DNA of 64,000 nucleotides from Pseudomonadota bacterium (lineage in GTDB: Bacteria > Pseudomonadota > Alphaproteobacteria > Caedimonadales > UBA1908): positions 4,980 through 68,979 of the forward strand of contig JAIUNT010000002.1 in NCBI GenBank assembly GCA_020161545.1, written 5' to 3'. A program made the translations under genes and the position numbers. Shown piece by piece: positions 48,355 to 57,094 of this stretch. The first letter of the stretch is position 1, and every line of letters begins with the position of its first letter. The notes beneath the pieces were generated by a model. It did no database searches. It was not told where the DNA came from and was given only the letters and a program-made list of their open reading frames with translations.

Positions 48355-48458
48355 ATAGCTAACCCTCATAATTTTGGGTGGCAAGGTTCGTTGCTCGTGT
48401 AGACCTATACACGTCGCTTTCCTCACGCTCTGTCCTAAAATTAAAGTGCTTTAGCTAT
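48355..48458. repeat. Imperfect terminal inverted repeats flanking a 104-bp element (MITE-like or structured RNA)
   Basis: The left arm is ATAGCTAAccctcaTAATTTTGGG. The reverse complement of the right arm is ATAGCTAAagcacttTAATTTTAGG. The interior contains two short hairpins, GCAA-ggttcg-TTGC and CGTGTA-gaccta-TACACG. Confidence 0.35.
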
Positions 48459-48499
48459 ATTGTTTAAGTAAAACGTTAATCCTGGAATAAAGCTTTCTG

Positions 48500-49861
48500 A
48501 TGAAAAAGGTGCATATTAAAACCTACGGTTGCCAAATGAACGTGTATGACTCACAGCGCATGGCAGACCTTTTGTCCCCACTTGGTTTTGAAGAAACAGC
48601 CACGCCCGAAGATGCGGATCTTGTGATCCTCAATACCTGCCACATTCGCGAGAAGGCTTCTGAGAAGATGTATTCTGACCTTGGCCGTCTTAAACCCCAT
48701 AAGGAAGCAAGGCAAGAGGAAGGCAAGAGTCAAATCATCGCGGTGGCCGGTTGTACGGCCCAGGCGGAAGGCGCCCAAATCATGAAGCGCATGCCCCTGG
48801 TGGACGCAGTTTTTGGCCCCCAGTCCTATCATAAGCTGCCTGAAATTATCGCCCGTGCCATGCGCTCGGCCGACAAGGAAGAGAGGCGTGGGCGCGGCAT
48901 CTTGGAGGTTGATTTTCCGGCCGAGTCCAAGTTCGATAGCCTGCCAGACGCCAGGGCCCAGGGGCCAGCCGCCTTTTTGGCGATCCAGGAAGGGTGCGAT
49001 AAGTTTTGTCACTTCTGCGTTGTTCCTTACACCCGCGGCGCTGAGTTTTCACGCCCAGCCGCAGACGTTTTGAAAGAAGCCAAAGCCCTTGTGGACCAAG
49101 GGGTGAAAGAGATCACTCTTTTGGGCCAAAATGTCAACGCCTACCACGGGGATGGTCCAGGGGGAGGTACGTGGAGCTTAGGGCGCCTCATCATGGAGAT
49201 GGCCCAGCGTTTGCCGGACCTGCGTCGCTTGCGCTATATGACCTCTCACCCCAGGGACGTGGATGAGAGCCTCGTTGCAGCGCACCGTGATGTGGGCATT
49301 CTCATGCCTTATTTGCATTTGCCCGTTCAAGCAGGATCCGACAAGATCCTCAAAGCCATGAACCGTCAGCATACGCGCGATACTTACCTGCGTATTTTAG
49401 ATCAGTTTAGGAACGCGCGCCCTGATATCGCGTTTACGTCTGACTTTATTGTGGGCTATCCCGGTGAAACCGAAGAGGACTTTGAAGATACCCTGCGTAT
49501 TGTCAGGGAGGTTGGTTACGCGGCCGCTTACTCCTTTGCCTACAGCAAGCGCCCCGGCACACCTGCTGCAGCGCTGGAGCACCAAGTGGCGGAAGAGGTG
49601 AAGAAAGAACGCCTCTCAAGGCTCCAGGCCCTTCTTCAAGAGTACCAAAAAGCCTTCAATGCAAGCATGATTGGCCGCACCATAGACGTTCTTTTTGAGC
49701 GAGATGGACGTTACGAGGATCAGCTCATGGGGCGTTCGCCCTATTTGCAGTCCGTGCATGTGAAGGCGCCTAAACGCTTGATGGGGGAGATTCTTCCTGT
49801 CACAATAACAGGAGCAACACTGAGCAGTCTTTCTGGGCAGTTGGATATCATTGACGCCTAA
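48500..49861 (+). CDS. miaB: tRNA-i6A37 methylthiotransferase
   Basis: It has N-terminal [12 protein letters not shown], the radical-SAM cluster motif [11 protein letters not shown] and a C-terminal TRAM domain. Confidence 0.95.
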   Translation: MKKVHIKTYGCQMNVYDSQRMADLLSPLGFEETATPEDADLVILNTCHIREKASEKMYSDLGRLKPHKEARQEEGKSQIIAVAGCTAQAEGAQIMKRMPLVDAVFGPQSYHKLPEIIARAMRSADKEERRGRGILEVDFPAESKFDSLPDARAQGPAAFLAIQEGCDKFCHFCVVPYTRGAEFSRPAADVLKEAKALVDQGVKEITLLGQNVNAYHGDGPGGGTWSLGRLIMEMAQRLPDLRRLRYMTSHPRDVDESLVAAHRDVGILMPYLHLPVQAGSDKILKAMNRQHTRDTYLRILDQFRNARPDIAFTSDFIVGYPGETEEDFEDTLRIVREVGYAAAYSFAYSKRPGTPAAALEHQVAEEVKKERLSRLQALLQEYQKAFNASMIGRTIDVLFERDGRYEDQLMGRSPYLQSVHVKAPKRLMGEILPVTITGATLSSLSGQLDIIDA

Positions 49862-49902
49862 AGACCACAAAGGGTCTGGGGATATAAAAGTAAGGGGGTG
49901 GC

Positions 49903-50889
49903 GTGGCCAATATCATAACGAAGGAGCTGTCCTTTGAGGACGCTGGGTTAGTGTCACTGACCCCTGAGCTTCAAGATTTACTGCGCCACATTACCCAAAC
50001 CTTGGATGTGAGTATCGAGCTTGCGGGGTCTTCTCACCTGCGCCTCACGGGGCCTGAGGATAAAGTCGCCATCGCCGAGACGGTCATTGGACGCCTTTAC
50101 GCGCGTCTGTCCCAAGGCAACACCATGTCCCAAGCCGAGATTGAGGCAGCCATGCGTATGGCCTCCATGGATATGGGGCGCACACAGAATCCCGATTTGC
50201 CCCCTCAGGCCTTTGAGCTTTCCATTCCCACAAGCCGCTATATGGTCTTGCCGCGCAGTGCCGGGCAGGGCGCTTATATGGACGCACTTAAACAAAGCGA
50301 GCTTGTCTTTGTGGAGGGGCCCGCAGGAACGGGTAAGACTTACCTCGCCGTCGCCATGGGCGTCTCCATGCTTTTGGCCGGGGTTGTGGACCGCATTATC
50401 CTGTCGCGTCCTGTGGTAGAGGCGGGTGAGCATCTCGGGTTTTTACCCGGAGACTTAAAGGAAAAGATCGATCCGTACCTGCGCCCTTTGTATGACGCCC
50501 TCTTTGACATGATGCCAGGCGACAAGGTCAGTAAGCGCATTGAGCGCGGTGAAATTGAGGTGGCGCCACTGGCGTTCATGCGCGGGCGTACGCTGTCCAA
50601 AGCTTATATCATTCTGGATGAGGCCCAAAACACCACCGAAATGCAAATGAAGATGTTCCTCACACGCCTGGGCGAAGGATCGCGCATGGTCATCACAGGG
50701 GACTTATCCCAGATTGACTTACCAAACGGCGTGCGCTCGGGCCTTCGTCAGGCCCTTTATGTGGTGGAGGGCATTGAAGGCGTGCGCATGTGTCGCCTGA
50801 ACCGCTCAGACGTTGTGCGCCACCCCCTTGTGGGACGCATTGTGGAGGCCTATGAGAGCAAAGTGGGTCTGGCCACAACACGCACGTGA
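49903..50889 (+). CDS. ybeZ: PhoH-like ATPase (YbeZ)
   Basis: It has Walker A GPAGTGKTYLAV, ILDEAQNTT and ITGDLSQIDLP. Confidence 0.9.
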   Translation: MANIITKELSFEDAGLVSLTPELQDLLRHITQTLDVSIELAGSSHLRLTGPEDKVAIAETVIGRLYARLSQGNTMSQAEIEAAMRMASMDMGRTQNPDLPPQAFELSIPTSRYMVLPRSAGQGAYMDALKQSELVFVEGPAGTGKTYLAVAMGVSMLLAGVVDRIILSRPVVEAGEHLGFLPGDLKEKIDPYLRPLYDALFDMMPGDKVSKRIERGEIEVAPLAFMRGRTLSKAYIILDEAQNTTEMQMKMFLTRLGEGSRMVITGDLSQIDLPNGVRSGLRQALYVVEGIEGVRMCRLNRSDVVRHPLVGRIVEAYESKVGLATTRT

Positions 50890-51437
50890 CAAGCCAACCT
50901 CTCATCGAAATCACCTGTGACGCCGCCGCCTGGGAGGGCCTTGATCTTGATTTGGAGGCCATGTTTACGGAGCTTGCGCAGACTGTTGGGGCGCGCCTTC
51001 TTCCCTGGGTCACCTCCCCTTGGCACGTGAGTGTGCTGCTTACAAATGACGAGGGCATTCGTCCTTTGAACGCCCAATACCGCGGGAAAGATAAAGCCAC
51101 AAACGTTCTCTCATTTGGGGTATTGGAAGTGCCTGTGACCCAGGACGCGTGGGAGGCCCTTTTCTTGCCTGGTGTGCCGTTCTTACTGGGTGACGCAGCC
51201 CTTGCCTTCGAGACGATCGTGGCAGAGGCAGACAGAGAAGAAAAAACCCTCTCCCAGCATCTTTCCCATCTCTTTGTCCATGCACTTTTGCATCTTTTAG
51301 GGTATGACCATGAGACGGAGGACGAAGCGCACGCCATGGAATCTTTGGAGGTGGAGATTTTGGCTAGCGCTCGTATTCCAAACCCTTATATACTGGACCA
51401 TATTTGTGACAATGAAAGTGAGCAAGTAAACCCATGA
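50886..51437 (+). CDS. ybeY: rRNA maturation endoribonuclease YbeY
   Basis: The zinc motif is HALLHLLGYDHETEDEAHAM. It has a GTGA overlap with phoH. Confidence 0.9.
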   Translation: MTSQPLIEITCDAAAWEGLDLDLEAMFTELAQTVGARLLPWVTSPWHVSVLLTNDEGIRPLNAQYRGKDKATNVLSFGVLEVPVTQDAWEALFLPGVPFLLGDAALAFETIVAEADREEKTLSQHLSHLFVHALLHLLGYDHETEDEAHAMESLEVEILASARIPNPYILDHICDNESEQVNP

Positions 51438-52264
51438 TGACGCAGCTGCGACGTCTTTTTCAACGACCCTCCCCCATGACGCGGCGTGAGCGCGTGCGTC
51501 AGCTTCTTGACCAAACGGAGCCTGACCCGGCGTCCCTCGACCGGGAAGAGTGTTATTTATTATCAAATATTTTAGAGCTGCATACGGTGACCGCGGAAGA
51601 GGTCATGGTCCCGCGCGCCGAGATTCAGGCCGTAGGCCGGGACGTCAGCCTTCAAGATTTTGGGGCCTTTGTGACCAAGGCGCCTTTCACGCGCCTTATA
51701 GTATACGGCGATGATCTCGATGATGTGCGTGGGTTCGTACGCGTCAAGGATATCTGTCAATTCCTTGATACGGATAAAGAATTTTCCTTGAAATCCATCA
51801 CGCGCAAGATTCTTTTTGTCTCGCCTGCGCGTCCCGTTTTGCACCTTCTTATGCAGATGCGGGTCAGCCAGACCCCCATGGCCATTGTGGTGGACGAGAT
51901 GGGCGGGGTGGACGGCCTTGTGACCTACGGCGACATCGTGCGCAAGATTGTGGGCGACATTGACGACGTTTCCTTGGAGGATACGCAACCTCAGTTGATA
52001 GAGGTATCACAGGGTGTTTACGAAGCGGACGCCCGTTTGCCCGTTGAGGCGCTGACCCAAGCTTTTGGTCTGACCCTGTCAGAGGCTGAGGAAGACGATG
52101 ATGTGGAAACCCTAGGCGGCCTTATTGTCTCGTTTTTGGGGCGCGTTCCGGACCGGTTGGAGGTGGTGACCCACCCGAGCAACTTGGAATTTGAAATCCT
52201 GGAGGTGAACCCCCGGCGTGTTCTCAAGGTGCGTATTCGTCAGGTTGCCGACAAGAAAGGTTAA
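51434..52264 (+). CDS. corC: CBS-domain HlyC/CorC family protein
   Basis: It has a tandem CBS region (VMVPRAEI..., PMAIVVDEMGGVDGLVTYGDIV) and a CorC_HlyC C-terminal domain (ETLGGLIVSFLGRVP). Confidence 0.85.
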   Translation: MMTQLRRLFQRPSPMTRRERVRQLLDQTEPDPASLDREECYLLSNILELHTVTAEEVMVPRAEIQAVGRDVSLQDFGAFVTKAPFTRLIVYGDDLDDVRGFVRVKDICQFLDTDKEFSLKSITRKILFVSPARPVLHLLMQMRVSQTPMAIVVDEMGGVDGLVTYGDIVRKIVGDIDDVSLEDTQPQLIEVSQGVYEADARLPVEALTQAFGLTLSEAEEDDDVETLGGLIVSFLGRVPDRLEVVTHPSNLEFEILEVNPRRVLKVRIRQVADKKG

Positions 52265-52269
52265 GAACA

Positions 52270-52566
52270 ATGATATGCTTTTTGAAGGTGTGTCTTGTGC
52301 TTGGGCTGACAGGCTCTGTTTTTGCCAGTGACGCTGAGGAGCGCCAGGATAGCGACGCAAAGCACGAGACGCGCAGTGCGCTCTGCTTGGTGCAAGATGA
52401 TGAGGCCCGTCGCCGTATGGAGGCGCGTCTTCATCACGCAGAAATGCTCTATAATTCTACGATTGCAACGGGCGATACATGGGCATGCTTGCCGACGCAA
52501 CAGCATGAAAACTTGTGTGTAGCACTCGACGAGACAAGGATTCTGCTGCAGGTCATCAAACAGTAG
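52270..52566 (+). CDS. Orphan small secreted protein P1
   Basis: The ATG lies 5 nt after the corC stop. The signal peptide is MICFLKVCLVLGLTGSVFA-SD. Confidence 0.45.
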   Translation: MICFLKVCLVLGLTGSVFASDAEERQDSDAKHETRSALCLVQDDEARRRMEARLHHAEMLYNSTIATGDTWACLPTQQHENLCVALDETRILLQVIKQ

Positions 52567-52617
52567 CGTTTTAAAAGCGGTTCCAGCAGACGGCTTGTAT
52601 TTTATAGGAGAGTCAAG

Positions 52618-53289
52618 ATGTTGAGTCGTTTTTCGCTTGTCTTGTTTTTTCATTTGAGTGCCTTGATTCCTTCATGTGGGGCGACATCTGAAGATCTGCT
52701 GTCAGAAATGGAAAGCATATCTGCGCGCATGCTGGCAGCTCAAAGTTTGCGTCTTGAAGAAGCGTCATGTATGTCTGACATGGGCGCTTCGCAATCTTGC
52801 GTTTTCGCGATTTCTGAAAGTGCACTTCGGGCCTACGTCTTGATGGAGAAGTATGTGGGTGGGGTGTCCCCAGATGAGGTCTCGTCCCTGGATCTCTTGA
52901 ACACTCTCTTGTGCCTTGGAGACGAGGCCTATGATGAGGTCCGCTCAATGGCGAGTGCCGCCGAGATTATGGACTTGCGCGCACGCCTGCAGAGTACCTA
53001 CAAAGTCTATGACCCGGATGTTGTTCTCGCAGTCCGTGAGGTGACCTGCGCACGCTACTATTTTGCAAGAGAGAGCACTCACATTACTGATCCTGTGGCC
53101 TATGCGCTTGGGTTCGCCCACCGTACACTTGCCCTCTTTCTTGGGGACATTTTGGATGAAGGACTTTTCCCGGGTGAGACAGGAATTGTGGGTCGGAGCT
53201 ACTTCACCCCGCGTCAACAGTCGTCTGTCTTTTTAGCAGCTGCGCCTGGGCAACTTTTATCCATTGTGCGAAGTGAGTGGAGCGAGTAA
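52618..53289 (+). CDS. Orphan secreted protein P2 (CGAxxED-leader family)
   Basis: The RBS is AGGAGAG. The leader is MLSRFSLVLFFHLSALIPSCGATSED. It is clearly paralogous to 56331-56933. Confidence 0.65.
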   Translation: MLSRFSLVLFFHLSALIPSCGATSEDLLSEMESISARMLAAQSLRLEEASCMSDMGASQSCVFAISESALRAYVLMEKYVGGVSPDEVSSLDLLNTLLCLGDEAYDEVRSMASAAEIMDLRARLQSTYKVYDPDVVLAVREVTCARYYFARESTHITDPVAYALGFAHRTLALFLGDILDEGLFPGETGIVGRSYFTPRQQSSVFLAAAPGQLLSIVRSEWSE

Positions 53290-53435
53290 GTAAACGCACC
53301 CTTTGCCGCCTCTAAGGTCCTTGTGATCTCAAAATCTTCATGTTTTTGCGCCTAAGATGTTTCTTATTCCCTGTGGCAGGCGCAGACTTCCCTGTCACTT
53401 CTTGCCCTTCTGGATATATTTAAAAAAGTTGGCAT

Positions 53436-53480
53436 ATTTTTGTCAAAAAACTTGATTTGTGAAACTCAGTATTATATATG
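53436..53480 (+). promoter_or_regulatory. Putative sigma70-type promoter with an A/T palindromic upstream element (P3)
   Basis: The sequence is ATTTTTGTCAAAAAAC-TTGATT-N17-TATATG. The upstream block is shared with 57012-57037. Confidence 0.4.
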
Positions 53481-53532
53481 CAGCTATTGTCCCATTTAAT
53501 TGTGGGGTCGCAATGGACAATTTCTGCCTGTT

Positions 53533-54663
53533 ATGTATGAGTTCTTTATGTTTAGATTTTCTTTCTTTTTCTCCTTCTCCTTTTTTGCTTTGTCGTGTGC
53601 TTATGGGTCCTCAGATTCGCCCTGGGACGGGCGCGTCCCATCAAGACAAATGTACTCTCCCACTGCGCTGCACGTTGACGCCGCGACATCTGAACGATCA
53701 GCGGCCTCAGTGGGTTGTTTTGTGCAAGACCTGGGCTTGCACGCTGTGACAAGCGGGCGTGATGCCGCACAGGCTGATTGTGTGCAGGATGTCGAGTATG
53801 AGGATTTGAGAAACGTATGCCATTTTATGGCGAGACTCGGTGGTATCGATGGATTTATGTTTACGAGCAAAGGTCAAGTTGCAATAAAAACACAAAAATG
53901 GAGAGACACAGAAATGAAACTTGATCGGTTTTTGGCCCAAGCAAATGCCTCACAAGCAAGTGATTTTCTTGTGTTAGAGGGGCAAGATCGTACCGAGAGG
54001 TTGAATTGTTTCGTTCATCTGTGCGTTAAAAATGCATTGATGGGGGATTTACATGATGAACAAGAGCATGTCATGCGTAAAATATATGATGCTTTTGACG
54101 TTGATCCTGCCTGGTGCAATGACTGGTATCATTTGTGGAAAGGGCGCTCCAATGGCCATAAACCCATTGATCACTTTATGCGCTCGCTATATGAGGCAAA
54201 TCAAAGGCTTGCATGCAATAAAAGCAAAGTTCGTGAAAAGGTTATGGCCCATGCGTGGCAAAGCTATCAGAAAACATATTTTCATGAAGACTGGCGAACT
54301 ATTGTGGCAGATGTGCTTTCCCAGACTGACTTTCCACAAGAAGTGGTCATGGCAACACTCAATGAGTTGAGTAACTCTATTTTTCCAGCCCTTTCTGTGC
54401 GTCTGGAACAAGAAAGCAGAATACATGCCCTTTGCGGGGTGCGCAGGGCTTTGCCCACAGCAGCTTCTCGTGCGCCTTGTCTTCTGCCCATCATTGCGGA
54501 GCTTTCTCCCGGTTATACCCGCGCGACCCAAGGGGCACCGTCCCATTTACCACACGTGGGTGATGTTGATGCTGTGTCAAACAATGCTCGTCAGAAACGC
54601 CCACGAGAAAGGTCGGGATGCTACTTAAGGCTGTGGGACAACTTTATGGTGAAGAGGTTGTGA
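53533..54663 (+). CDS. Orphan secreted or lipobox protein P3
   Basis: The leader is MYEFFMFRFSFFFSFSFFALSC-AYG. The C-terminus has a basic RQKRPRER patch. There is no recognisable domain. ATG 53548 is an alternative start. Confidence 0.55.
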   Translation: MYEFFMFRFSFFFSFSFFALSCAYGSSDSPWDGRVPSRQMYSPTALHVDAATSERSAASVGCFVQDLGLHAVTSGRDAAQADCVQDVEYEDLRNVCHFMARLGGIDGFMFTSKGQVAIKTQKWRDTEMKLDRFLAQANASQASDFLVLEGQDRTERLNCFVHLCVKNALMGDLHDEQEHVMRKIYDAFDVDPAWCNDWYHLWKGRSNGHKPIDHFMRSLYEANQRLACNKSKVREKVMAHAWQSYQKTYFHEDWRTIVADVLSQTDFPQEVVMATLNELSNSIFPALSVRLEQESRIHALCGVRRALPTAASRAPCLLPIIAELSPGYTRATQGAPSHLPHVGDVDAVSNNARQKRPRERSGCYLRLWDNFMVKRL

Positions 54664-55024
54664 GCAGCGCCGCACCCTCTTTGCAAACGCACCATGAAGG
54701 AGGCATGTCTGCCGCGCGCGCATCCAAAGTGGGCGATGGCACATGGGTCTGCCTTTCACGGACAGAGTATGTACAAACACCTTTCAAATACGTGCGCAGG
54801 GATTAGGCGCAGCACCGCGTTAGGTGTCTTGCGCCACGCTGCTCTTATGTGCGCCTTTCCTTGTTCGCAGGAGAGCGCACAGGGACCTTCACAATGTCTT
54901 TAATTGCTTTTGAAGAGCTGCACATTGACGCTTAGAGCAGATTTCGCTCTTTGTGAACGGGCCATCCTTTGATACAAAGCACCACTAAGGCAACCCTGAG
55001 CCCTTTTACGTATAAGGAAAAGAG

Positions 55025-55675
55025 ATGATATACAAAGCGAGAAAATATATTTGGATGGTTTGCATGATGATCACCAGTGGGCTCCATATGTGTTATGGCA
55101 GCGCGTGTGCAGACGACGATGTGCTTGCGCCGGTTGTGCGCACCTATCAGTATCACCCAGTGCGCACAAATGACGCTTTACAGCTTCTTTCAGTTCTTTT
55201 GAAGGGCGAGCGGTATTGGCAAGAAAATCAGCTGAACGCCCAGGATATACAGGACAGCCTTTCGACATTTTTTCTTTTAGGAGAGCTTCTTTTTGATCCC
55301 CAAAAAATGGTGGCAAAAGAAAAAGTGCGTCGTCACGCATCCCCGAAGGAGCAGGAAATTTTGAGCCGATTCATTGAAGGGCTTGTCCTCCATGAAGAGG
55401 CGCGCATGACCATTTTTCAAAACATTGTCTCGCCCCCTTGTGCGGGAAGAGCATTTGATATGCCAGCTCGATTAAGAAAGGCCTCTTTAAATTTTGATGA
55501 GGTGACGTTGTTCTTGGTCGATGCGGTATTATGCGCGGGGACGAATGCGGTGCGCGACGCCTATACTTCAAAAAAGGCCACGACTCCAGAAGAGGGCCCG
55601 CTCTATCTTTTGAAGGCTCTTCGCGCGTCACACGCGACCATCGTGGGCGCCATCGCTTTGGGGGCACAGTCCTAA
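55025..55675 (+). CDS. Orphan secreted protein P4
   Basis: The RBS is AAGGAAAAGAG. The hydrophobic leader ends CYGSACA-DD. It weakly resembles the central region of P2/P5/P6 (NAQDIQDSL...ASPKEQEILSRF). Confidence 0.5.
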   Translation: MIYKARKYIWMVCMMITSGLHMCYGSACADDDVLAPVVRTYQYHPVRTNDALQLLSVLLKGERYWQENQLNAQDIQDSLSTFFLLGELLFDPQKMVAKEKVRRHASPKEQEILSRFIEGLVLHEEARMTIFQNIVSPPCAGRAFDMPARLRKASLNFDEVTLFLVDAVLCAGTNAVRDAYTSKKATTPEEGPLYLLKALRASHATIVGAIALGAQS

Positions 55676-55779
55676 ATGCGCACACACACCTGGGTCTATG
55701 TGGGTGTGATCTCTTTTTAACACATTGGCTTTTTTCATATTTTGTGAAAAGATCGCATGATTTTTTAAGGAGTGTCCCC

Positions 55780-56295
55780 ATGCATTGTCGTCTCATTTTC
55801 TCGTCCCTTTTGCTTGTTTCATTCTTAAGCCAGCCATGCGGCGCAGCATTTGAAGAAGACTTGTCTTGCGCCGCGCCACCCCGCGCGCAAGCAGAAACCT
55901 TACCGAAATTAGACCCTCGAGTTGAAAGTGCCCTTCGCTCCTGGACCATTATGAGAAAGTGGAACGTCGGGTGGCGTAAGATGGGGCTTTCTCCCCAGGA
56001 TGTGATGATGGCTGTGTTATGGCCGGGAGATGCGAGTTATGATGATATGCGCAAAAAGGCGCCCCAAGAAGATGTGGACAACCTGCGACAACGTTTGGTG
56101 GGGGGCGCAGAGCCCGTGGACAACGTTGTGACGCTCCTCACCCAGATTGCGCGCACATGTGTGGCGCAGAGCCGATCACCCTACCTTGATGAGGTGACGT
56201 CATTTGTGTGTTTAGCCGAGACAAAGGGTCAGTTGAGCATGTTTCTTGCGCCCGATTATGAGGCTGATCGCTGTGTGGCTGAGGCGCCGTACTGA
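55780..56295 (+). CDS. Orphan secreted protein P5 (CGAxxED-leader family)
   Basis: The RBS is TAAGGAG. The leader is MHCRLIFSSLLLVSFLSQPCGAAFEED. The shared block is LSPQDVMMAVL...ASYDDMRKKAPQEDVDNLRQRL. I chose an internal start rather than the track's 55531. Confidence 0.6.
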   Translation: MHCRLIFSSLLLVSFLSQPCGAAFEEDLSCAAPPRAQAETLPKLDPRVESALRSWTIMRKWNVGWRKMGLSPQDVMMAVLWPGDASYDDMRKKAPQEDVDNLRQRLVGGAEPVDNVVTLLTQIARTCVAQSRSPYLDEVTSFVCLAETKGQLSMFLAPDYEADRCVAEAPY

Positions 56296-56330
56296 GTTTG
56301 GTGGTGGGGTAACTGAAAAAGGGAGTCAAT

Positions 56331-56933
56331 ATGTTAAACCGTTTTACGTGCGCGTCTTTGGTTCTGTTTTCTGTTTTGGCGGCGCCTTGCGGGGCGTCGG
56401 CGGAGGACCCCTTTCAAGGCACAAAAAACACGTGCGCGAACGCGTCGACACACCACAGTTTTTATATCTGCGAAGAGGCGCTGCGCGCCTACGTCATGCT
56501 AGAGAAGTGCGAGGGGGGCGTGTGTCCGGAGGCCATCTCTCCCCAAGATTTGCTGAACACAGTGGTCAGTCATAATGACAAAGCCTATGACGGGGTTCGC
56601 GCTTTGGCGAGCGCTGAGGAGGTTGAGGATTTGCGCGCACGTCTCCAAAGCGCCTACAAAGCCGGTGATCCAGATATCGTGTGTGCGATGCTCGGTGAGG
56701 CACAAGCACGCCATCAGTTTGCAAGCAGGTGGCCTCATTTTGGCGACCCAGCTGCCTATGCGCTCCGGTGCGCTCACCAGACGCTTAAGCTCTTTCTTAA
56801 TGACAGGATAGAGAAGACATTTTCGCTAGGTAGGGATGAGCCTGTGGGCCGCACTTCTTTCGCGTCTTCGCAAGAGGCGTTCACGCTTTCATGTACAAAT
56901 CAGCTTTTGTCTATTGTGAGAGAACGTCTGTAG
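56331..56933 (+). CDS. Orphan secreted protein P6 (CGAxxED-leader family)
   Basis: The leader is MLNRFTCASLVLFSVLAAPCGASAED. The core ALRAYVMLEKCEGGVCPEAISPQDLLNTV...AYDGVRALASAEEVEDLRARLQSAYKAGDPDIV matches P2. Confidence 0.65.
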   Translation: MLNRFTCASLVLFSVLAAPCGASAEDPFQGTKNTCANASTHHSFYICEEALRAYVMLEKCEGGVCPEAISPQDLLNTVVSHNDKAYDGVRALASAEEVEDLRARLQSAYKAGDPDIVCAMLGEAQARHQFASRWPHFGDPAAYALRCAHQTLKLFLNDRIEKTFSLGRDEPVGRTSFASSQEAFTLSCTNQLLSIVRERL

Positions 56934-57011
56934 CATGGCTTTGGCACGGTGACCAGCACATCCTGCTTGGTACATAGGCCATCAGAATCAATTGCACGCT
57001 TGAGAATATTA

Positions 57012-57037
57012 ATTTTTGACAAAAAAGATTGATATTT
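57012..57037 (+). promoter_or_regulatory. A/T palindromic element plus TTGATA (-35-like) upstream of P7
   Basis: ATTTTTGACAAAAAAGATTGATATT matches the P3 upstream block ATTTTTGTCAAAAAACTTGATTT at about 20 of 24 positions. The -10 element is unclear. Confidence 0.3.
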
Positions 57038-57094
57038 CTTGCGCGAACTACCACTAAAATACCAAGGGCTGAGCTGTGATTTTTGGTGTTTTGT

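Noticed and set aside
48462-48478. TTAA-N8-TTAA (TTAAgtaaaacgTTAA) upstream of miaB
   Set aside because: The spacing is 8 rather than 7, so it does not match the CtrA consensus. I did not count it.
54664-55024. A 360-bp gap with small ORFs (54618-54806 and 54694-54903)
   Set aside because: I found no RBS, leader or similarity to the neighbouring families. They may be non-coding spacer or a decayed gene remnant, and I cannot support a feature here.
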